A DNA stretch of 29,427 nucleotides from Candidatus Staskawiczbacteria bacterium (GTDB lineage: Bacteria; Patescibacteriota; Minisyncoccia; Minisyncoccales; Staskawiczbacteraceae), in the NCBI GenBank assembly GCA_903850725.1, contig CAINMG010000121.1, positions 1 to 29,427 on the forward strand. Direction: 5' to 3'. Each line of letters opens with the position of its first letter. The first letter of the stretch is position 1. Below the pieces are notes generated by a model. It was not told the origin of the DNA, made no database searches, and saw nothing but the letters and a program-made list of their open reading frames with translations. The position numbers and the translations under genes are program-made. Positions 24,401 through 29,427 of this stretch are shown here, in pieces.

Positions 24401-25100
24401 AGGTCAAGCAGTAGATGATACCCAATTTTGGGCTAAAAAACTCTCAGCTTATCAAAGTGATTTTGCCTTGAAAACAGATGAGCTAATTAATCATTTGATA
24501 AAAATATCAAAAGAAAAAGAATATTGTAAATGTGGCTCTACTTGCGGAAGTAGGAGCAGTGAAAAAACCTGCAATGCTCCTTGTGTGCCAGAGCTATTAA
24601 CAGACCCAGTTACTGGAGCAGAATCTTGTGTTTGTGCAAACCAAGGATGCCAAGGCAATCCTTGCCAATACATAATTAACTTATTAATGGGTAGTACTGG
24701 TGCATCATGTCCTAAAGGAGAAATAATAAAAGGCCCTTTGCAATTTTATAATGAACTAAAATCAAAATTAAAAACTATTTATGATTTTATGCAAATAAGC
24801 AGAACTGATATTATAAAAGAACTAATATATTCAAGGAAAACTATGAACACCTGTAGTGTAGAGAGTAAAGCCAATACTGTAGCAGAACAAACAAGGCTAG
24901 AGAGTTGTAGAAGAGTAAGAAATAATTTTGTATCCCCAATTGCAGATGACAAAACAACTATAAATAATCAAGAGATAAAATATCCATGTTATGGTGTTGA
25001 TTTAGGAGAAATTTATGGAGATACTTTTAGCTCATCAACAACAAAAGAACCTATAATACCAGAGACAGATAATTGGTTTTGCTGCGTGCCAAGAGATTAA
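21375..25100 (+). CDS. VirB2/TrbC-pilin-like anchored, Cys-rich giant protein with an internal permuted M23 peptidase
   Basis: Signal-like N-terminus (AVLA|LENQYP), two-TM pilin-like unit ending ATINPTL, ~70 Cys by manual count, M23 motifs at residues 777-940. Confidence 0.8.
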   Translation: MKLKSQKKKFKKILLLIILSTLLLPVAVLALENQYPDILGNVLPPNPDVADYVGYFANIGISISLILATLVIIFGGLQYIVYGALGKSGGEGKEWIKSGVLGLFLLVSAYTILATINPTLVNPTFGKLLNNIPFIDIPISDLVKGPPITYYKEIPMGTLTETVLSRKISCYKYDDLGDPIQVQVKIDSGGSAFGPSYLDHDRVDCMFELNQAIEKKTKIVKDLSIKIAQLMNSCNCQKSSSESTSTTPQTTSTNCTSTGDCPSPTGVIEVCEEDAYCGRPLPCDCSGSCETNPEEFEMCEKGVKKLVTEGPIEIGGLLDWPDFVATILVGQNNLSGGLMTYTDSLYKCMTLSDKMPKLKKYKGLQEFGTTLNTQGVIKLIDTKVKSEGRDVTLMNKTNWDNLKLVEQLMYLKEKLSELTTTLSQDNQRLSLAKEELRKCYLATPYVDYLKELEKTKKEDRLLMVQKNYSTFENKLTDISKYCNGFGYANSSCFYNCQNACPSTDPAFLSYIQDCKTQDCDSICAENTIACRAKKSACFIKENNCLAERLLRKETCPNDSSGNFGNFEECIDSCQTECSSDCETKFKSCSEIDKACNDCSSKLDKDSNFPGVCSSISKKYCSDEFEKCQNICKNNSQCIINNKESCIYSPQNLLACATENTDNENKKYCVENSGFTCKYGSSQQAGYADCLKNPYSLGNKFTSSEIYKNQFQQKCPAPYLTDPSSSCYSSSSPNSSCIDVCPEVSKCPSASNCPKCPCNTTSIDTNPSNFNSKGKAFYSVYVHMKNISVTIGQVVNQGDIIGQISNIGTDTGSHLHFAVGFENGKTGLDVATSFDISSKVTASGMSGIGSGYTAPLPTYVNENYKNYVLNSLTPPVNTNQCDWKQNPGSYLHNNTASYAQDWICNNGSQEGSNVQVMAGGDNIKSTVSGIVPASGAVIIKHEVNENILSSLINSIISDYQIVGGECQEYKYNDDPLTFYCKQDWWNEPALQAQEPLANSYICPKEKEIPVGQAVDDTQFWAKKLSAYQSDFALKTDELINHLIKISKEKEYCKCGSTCGSRSSEKTCNAPCVPELLTDPVTGAESCVCANQGCQGNPCQYIINLLMGSTGASCPKGEIIKGPLQFYNELKSKLKTIYDFMQISRTDIIKELIYSRKTMNTCSVESKANTVAEQTRLESCRRVRNNFVSPIADDKTTINNQEIKYPCYGVDLGEIYGDTFSSSTTKEPIIPETDNWFCCVPRD

Positions 25101-25135
25101 ATTTTTTAATTTAAAAAATAATTAAATACAAAACT

Positions 25136-26515
25136 ATGAATAAAAAACAATTTATACTTTTTGCTGTAATATTATTTACTTTGCCTTTTTCTAATTTTGC
25201 TTTGGCTTTGGAAGCAAATTATCCAGCTATTCCAGGATTACCAATTATTGTGGCAAATAGCACAATACCTGAATTAATCCAATACTTTTTTGGAATAGGA
25301 ATATTGTTTTCTGGAGCTATTGCTTTAATTTCTTTAGCTTTTGCTGGAATACAACTAATAATAAAAGCTAATCCAGAAGGAGTGTCTAGTGCCAAAGATC
25401 GAATTAAAGGATCAATACTAGGCATAGTTTTAATAATGGTTTCTTTTCTAATAATGAAATCTATAAACCCTGTTTTAGTAGAACCGACTATTACACCATT
25501 AACATCTGGCCCAGGGATATTTCTTGTTAAAGGCGATAAAGAAACGGTCGCTACTATGGCATCTAATGTTAGCGGTATACCACAAGAATTTCAAGGTGGA
25601 GATATTGAATATAGATGCCCCAACCCTACAACAGATCCTGATTTATTAATTTGGCTTTATGATAATAAAAATCTTGATTCTTCTGGTTTTGTAGATACTA
25701 TAGAAGTAAAATGTCAGAATTCACATTCACTCCTTTCTATACCACCAGATGGATCTTATAAAATGGCTTATGAAACTCCTGGTATTTATATTTATAAAAA
25801 TACTAGCTGTACAGGTTACCGCTCCGATGTTATAACAACAAGTGGAGAAATCCCAGAAGAATTTAAAAAAAGACCGGCAACAGATCCATCTGCATCACCA
25901 GAATCTAGATGTGTTGAGTTTATAAATGATCTCGCAAATAAAATTTATTACGGCGCAATTTTACACTCAGTAATTGATGAATCAAAAGGAGGCACATGCC
26001 AAGCACCTCTTATATATACTCCATTAAAACCAAAAGGCATTGTACAAGTTTCTATTGATACATTTTCCTCAATTACTGTTGTCAATATAAATGATAATCC
26101 TAAAACCTCTGGCGATGGTATAATGTTTTATAGTAGTTCTTATGGCTGGGATACAGGAGCTAAAACTGGAGTTGCGGGGGTTATATTTAAAGAAGATAAA
26201 TATTTTGTCGGCGCAAGACCAGAAAATATCAAATTTCAAGATTTTCAAGAAAGCATGACCCCAGAAGAAATAGCAGTTTCTCAGAATTTTAGTATGCCAA
26301 GAGGTCAAGGATCAATGAGATTAAATGGCAACTTTTTAGTTGCTATTTATAGTACTGGCCCCGCCCCATCAACAACCTCACCAGCAACAAATATTCCTCA
26401 AAATGGTTATTGCCAAGTTTTTAAAAATAATGTTGTTGAATTTAAAGGGACAGAATTTAAATCAAAAGATGGGGGCCATAAAATTGAATATGTTTATATG
26501 ATTGCGACTAAATAA
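25136..26515 (+). CDS. pilin-like anchored ectodomain protein 2
   Basis: FALA|LEANYP, AKDRIKGSILG, KSINPVL; paralog of the next gene. Confidence 0.78.
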   Translation: MNKKQFILFAVILFTLPFSNFALALEANYPAIPGLPIIVANSTIPELIQYFFGIGILFSGAIALISLAFAGIQLIIKANPEGVSSAKDRIKGSILGIVLIMVSFLIMKSINPVLVEPTITPLTSGPGIFLVKGDKETVATMASNVSGIPQEFQGGDIEYRCPNPTTDPDLLIWLYDNKNLDSSGFVDTIEVKCQNSHSLLSIPPDGSYKMAYETPGIYIYKNTSCTGYRSDVITTSGEIPEEFKKRPATDPSASPESRCVEFINDLANKIYYGAILHSVIDESKGGTCQAPLIYTPLKPKGIVQVSIDTFSSITVVNINDNPKTSGDGIMFYSSSYGWDTGAKTGVAGVIFKEDKYFVGARPENIKFQDFQESMTPEEIAVSQNFSMPRGQGSMRLNGNFLVAIYSTGPAPSTTSPATNIPQNGYCQVFKNNVVEFKGTEFKSKDGGHKIEYVYMIATK

Positions 26516-26528
26516 TATTTTATAAAGA

Positions 26529-27665
26529 ATGAAAAAAGTAAATATAAAATTATTGATAATTTTATTGTGCGGACTGTTTCTTTTGTCTGGTGATTTTGCT
26601 TTGGCGGGGAAACTTGAAGTAAATTATCCAACTTCGCAATCAGGTATTAGTCTTATTGATACCAACACCCCTATACCTATATTTTTAAAATATATTTTTG
26701 ATATGGGTATGTTTTTAGGCCTTGCAGCTGCTGTATATAGCCTAGGATATGCTGGGTACTTATATTTAAGATCTGGCATGCAAGCGGAATATAGATCGCA
26801 AGCTAAGGATCGAGTTGTAGGAGCTATTACAGGGATTTTAATTTTGATGATGACTTATTTGATTATTACCACACTAAACCCACAGTTAAAGTTTTTTGAT
26901 ATGCCTACGCTTAAGGAAATGCCGCCTATTGCTCAAGAAAAAGCTAATGGTATATATTTTTTTAAAGAAGATGTGAGTAATGGTTGTACTGGAGAAGCTC
27001 AATCTTACACTTCAAATATAAATGATTTTGGAGAGCTAAATAATAAAATAAATTCTGTTTTAATTGTAAATAATGCAGGGGATTCTTATGTTTCAACAAT
27101 GTATTCAAGCCCTGGGCTTTTTGGTAAGTGCCAAGATATTGACCCAAACAATTATAATTGCCAAGCAGTAGATAAATTTGCAAGCTCAGCTTCAATACAT
27201 ATATATGATTTTAAGCCACAAAACAATCCTTATAATGATGGCGTATATTTTTATCGCAAACCATTTTACAACCCAGAAGGGGGCTTTATTAAAATAGATA
27301 ATAATCAAATAATAAATACTGATGGATTTTTTTCAGCAGAGCTTAAAGATTTAACTTTTCAAAATGTTCCCATAGAAGATAAAGTTTGTAATAAATGGGA
27401 TGAAAAAGGAGTTTGTATAGAAAAAAAAGACCCAACGCTTGCAGGTAAAGAAATATCTTCAATTAAAATTATGGGAAACTATATTATTTATTTTGTTTAT
27501 TTTGATCCAGAGGATAAGCCAAAAGGTCCATGGTCTTATTGCCAAGAATTTCCAACTCCAGATGATACAAATAGAGAAGGGCCAAAACAATTTAAGTGGG
27601 AAAAAACTCCAAACCAAAGGAATCTTGCAAATTGGGTTTATATTTACCCAGTAAAACAAAAATAA
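26529..27665 (+). CDS. pilin-like anchored ectodomain protein 3
   Basis: FALA|GKLEVNYP, AKDRVVGAITG, TTLNPQL; shares CTG, GxCQ, GVxFY, GNY/F and YCQxF motifs with the previous gene. Confidence 0.78.
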   Translation: MKKVNIKLLIILLCGLFLLSGDFALAGKLEVNYPTSQSGISLIDTNTPIPIFLKYIFDMGMFLGLAAAVYSLGYAGYLYLRSGMQAEYRSQAKDRVVGAITGILILMMTYLIITTLNPQLKFFDMPTLKEMPPIAQEKANGIYFFKEDVSNGCTGEAQSYTSNINDFGELNNKINSVLIVNNAGDSYVSTMYSSPGLFGKCQDIDPNNYNCQAVDKFASSASIHIYDFKPQNNPYNDGVYFYRKPFYNPEGGFIKIDNNQIINTDGFFSAELKDLTFQNVPIEDKVCNKWDEKGVCIEKKDPTLAGKEISSIKIMGNYIIYFVYFDPEDKPKGPWSYCQEFPTPDDTNREGPKQFKWEKTPNQRNLANWVYIYPVKQK

Positions 27666-27667
27666 CA

Positions 27668-27699
27668 AAATAAAAAGCACTTGTAAGTGCTTTTTATTT
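27668..27699. terminator. bidirectional intrinsic terminator
   Basis: aaataaaaagcactt-gt-aagtgctttttattt between convergent operons. Confidence 0.85.
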
Positions 27700-27712
27700 G
27701 TTTTGAATTATC

Positions 27713-28216
27713 TTATTTAGGCATTATTACTACATATCTACTTAAGCCTTCTCCTTTGCTTTCTGTTTTGACATCTTGCCTTTGGGAAAGCTCTGCATGG
27801 ATAATCCTCCTTTCATAAGAAGACATTGGAGGCATTGCTTTTTCAACTTTTGAAGACGCAACCTCATCAGCCAACTCTTTTGCAACTTTTTGCAATGAGT
27901 CTATTTTTTTCTTTTTATAATCATTTATATCTAAATTCAAATGGAAAATATTTGGGAACTTTTTGTTTATTATCATTCTTAAAAGTTTTTGTATTTCGAA
28001 AAGTGTTTGTCCATTTTCTCCTATTAAAATTTGTGGTTCTTTTAGCTTAACAACTAAAGTAATTAATTCTTTATCATCTTTCTTATTATCTTCTGCCAAA
28101 ATATCTTCAATATCCAAGCTTGTAGGATTTATCTCTATACTATAAAAAGCAAAGGTTGTTTTAGAAAAAAAATCTTCTGCTATATTTTTTATTTTTTCTT
28201 GATCTTCATTATTCAT
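27713..28216 (-). CDS. jag: Jag/KhpB (EloR)-like KH + R3H RNA-binding protein
   Basis: LIGENGQTL (KH-like), MSSYERRIIH (R3H), SKGEGLSRYVVI; downstream of yidC. Confidence 0.88.
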   Translation of the reverse strand: MNNEDQEKIKNIAEDFFSKTTFAFYSIEINPTSLDIEDILAEDNKKDDKELITLVVKLKEPQILIGENGQTLFEIQKLLRMIINKKFPNIFHLNLDINDYKKKKIDSLQKVAKELADEVASSKVEKAMPPMSSYERRIIHAELSQRQDVKTESKGEGLSRYVVIMPK

Positions 28217-28934
28217 GTTTTTGTTTCTTTAAAATATAATATTGTTGAATAATTGAGAAAATACTGCTTATTATCCAATATAGCCCAAGAGCAGAAGGTA
28301 AACTTAAAAGTATTATTATTGTTATAACTGGAAAAACATATAGCATTTGAGTTTGCATCGCTTGAGCCATGTCTGGTGCCTTGCTGGCATTTTTATCTTT
28401 TTTCTGGTTAGAGGCCACCATTTTAGTTTGGAAAAATTGAAGTACTCCAGCTATTATAGCAAAATATATATTTGGTTTAGACAAATCTACCATTCCTAAA
28501 AACATCGGGTTTATTTGGCTGGGGTTGGATATAAAACTATATAAATTGTTTAATTGCTCTGGCTTAAGTCCTTGCCAAAAAACATTATACAAAGCTATTA
28601 AAATTGGTAACTGAACAAAAGCTAAGAAAAAACCAGAAAAAGGATTAATTTTTTCATTTTTATAAAGATCTAAAGTTGCTTTAGCTAACTTTTCTTTATC
28701 ATCTTTATATTTGTTTTGTATTTCTTTAACTTTGGGTTGCAGGTCTTGCAATACTTTTTGAGACTTAAATGCTTTTACTGATAAAGGATATAATATAAAT
28801 TTTATGGCTAAAGTTAAAGCTATAATTGCAATACCAAAATCATGTCCTGGCAATATATTATAAAATAAAACCAAAGAATTAAACAATGGCTTATACAAAA
28901 AAATGTTAAAAAAGATTCCTATAAATTCAAACAT
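28209..28934 (-). CDS. yidC: membrane protein insertase YidC/Oxa1
   Basis: FGIAIIALTLAIKFILYPL, LQPKVKEIQ, INPFSG...VQLPIL, ALGLYW. Confidence 0.95.
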   Translation of the reverse strand: MFEFIGIFFNIFLYKPLFNSLVLFYNILPGHDFGIAIIALTLAIKFILYPLSVKAFKSQKVLQDLQPKVKEIQNKYKDDKEKLAKATLDLYKNEKINPFSGFFLAFVQLPILIALYNVFWQGLKPEQLNNLYSFISNPSQINPMFLGMVDLSKPNIYFAIIAGVLQFFQTKMVASNQKKDKNASKAPDMAQAMQTQMLYVFPVITIIILLSLPSALGLYWIISSIFSIIQQYYILKKQKHE

Positions 28935-28939
28935 TATTT

Positions 28940-29275
28940 TTAATTAATTAATATTTTAGTAATATTTTCTGTTGCTTCTTTTATTTGAGCAAAACTTTTA
29001 TTTTTTGCCTGTGGCAAAACTATAAAAATAACATCCAATCCCTCTTTAAAATTATGTAAATTTGCTTCTAAAAAACTCACTATCCTTCTTCTGATTTTGT
29101 TTCTCTCCACAGCTTTTTTAGAAACTTTTTTACTAATTACAAAAGCAAAACGGTTTATTTTAAGATCATTAGATAAAACCTTTAAAATAAAAAAGCTATT
29201 TTTGAAAGTCCTACCTTTATTAAAAATCAACTCGAAATCATTCTTCTTTTTTATTCTATTATCTTTTGGTAACAT
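28940..29275 (-). CDS. rnpA: ribonuclease P protein component
   Basis: MLPKDNRIKKKNDF, RFAFVISKKVSKKAVERNKIRR (RNR motif). Confidence 0.96.
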   Translation of the reverse strand: MLPKDNRIKKKNDFELIFNKGRTFKNSFFILKVLSNDLKINRFAFVISKKVSKKAVERNKIRRRIVSFLEANLHNFKEGLDVIFIVLPQAKNKSFAQIKEATENITKILIN

Positions 29276-29280
29276 AAAAA

Positions 29281-29358
29281 TTACACTGAAAGTTTTTTCC
29301 TTCCTTTTGCTCTTCTTCTTGCAATAACCTGCTTGCCACCCTTAGTTTCTTTTCTTTT
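29281..29358 (-). pseudogene. rpmH: 50S ribosomal protein L34, C-terminal part only (5' end missing or replaced)
   Basis: Minus strand reads KRKETKGGKQVIARRRAKGRKKLSV*; upstream in-frame sequence is not L34-like and hits TAG at 29400-29398. May be an assembly artefact rather than a true pseudogene. Confidence 0.8.
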
Positions 29359-29427
29359 CCAAAACCAAATTGCCAAAACGTTGGCTGCATTATTAGGCTA
29401 TAATTTTGAAAACGGTAAGGATATAGG

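Noticed and set aside
21375-27665. Diversity-generating retroelement targets in the pilin-like proteins
   Set aside because: No reverse transcriptase in the window and no near-identical template/variable repeat pair differing at adenines was seen.
13132-27665. Integrative conjugative element or prophage
   Set aside because: No integrase, relaxase, VirD4, att/tRNA site or phage genes in the window; composition matches the flanking core genes.
1433-29327. Remaining short (60-120 aa) ORFs overlapping the called genes
   Set aside because: All lie within well-supported genes on the other strand or frame and show no family motifs.
1-29427. Alternative genetic code 25 (TGA=Gly) as in Gracilibacteria/Absconditabacteria
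   Set aside because: Conserved genes end properly at TGA (e.g. mutM, tsaE) and long ORFs are intact under code 11.

Overview
AT-rich bacterial window in genetic code 11 (TGA is used as stop) with few Shine-Dalgarno motifs. Gene content and style suggest Patescibacteria/CPR (Parcubacteria-like); this is an inference, not database-checked. Left part: housekeeping genes (rpsT, holA, mutM, HAMP protein, stand-alone 5'-3' exonuclease, tsaE, degenerate DHH protein, PilB/GspE ATPase, ruvB, GNAT, LysM-M23, rsmA). Centre-right: an MNT-HEPN pair, then a ~14.5 kb T4SS-like locus (VirB6-like, PrgI, VirB4-like, three VirB2/TrbC-pilin-anchored ectodomain proteins), with no relaxase or coupling protein in the window. 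Right end: jag-yidC-rnpA and a 5'-truncated rpmH, so probably near oriC. Main highlights: (1) an apparently circularly permuted M23 zinc peptidase inside a 1241-aa, ~70-Cys pilin-anchored protein; (2) two small-nuclease cassettes with distinctive flanks, namely DUF559 between hairpin direct repeats and fused in-frame to rsmA, and GxxExxY between mirror-image 44-bp ACAGAT arrays; (3) gene-less repeat elements, some with the same inverted-array design, and in-frame repeat insertions in holA, the exonuclease and rsmA; (4) a candidate ~105-nt sRNA with its own promoter and terminator, divergent from pilB. I recognised no rRNA, tRNA, CRISPR array, transposase or integrase. All coordinates, counts and alignments were done by eye.
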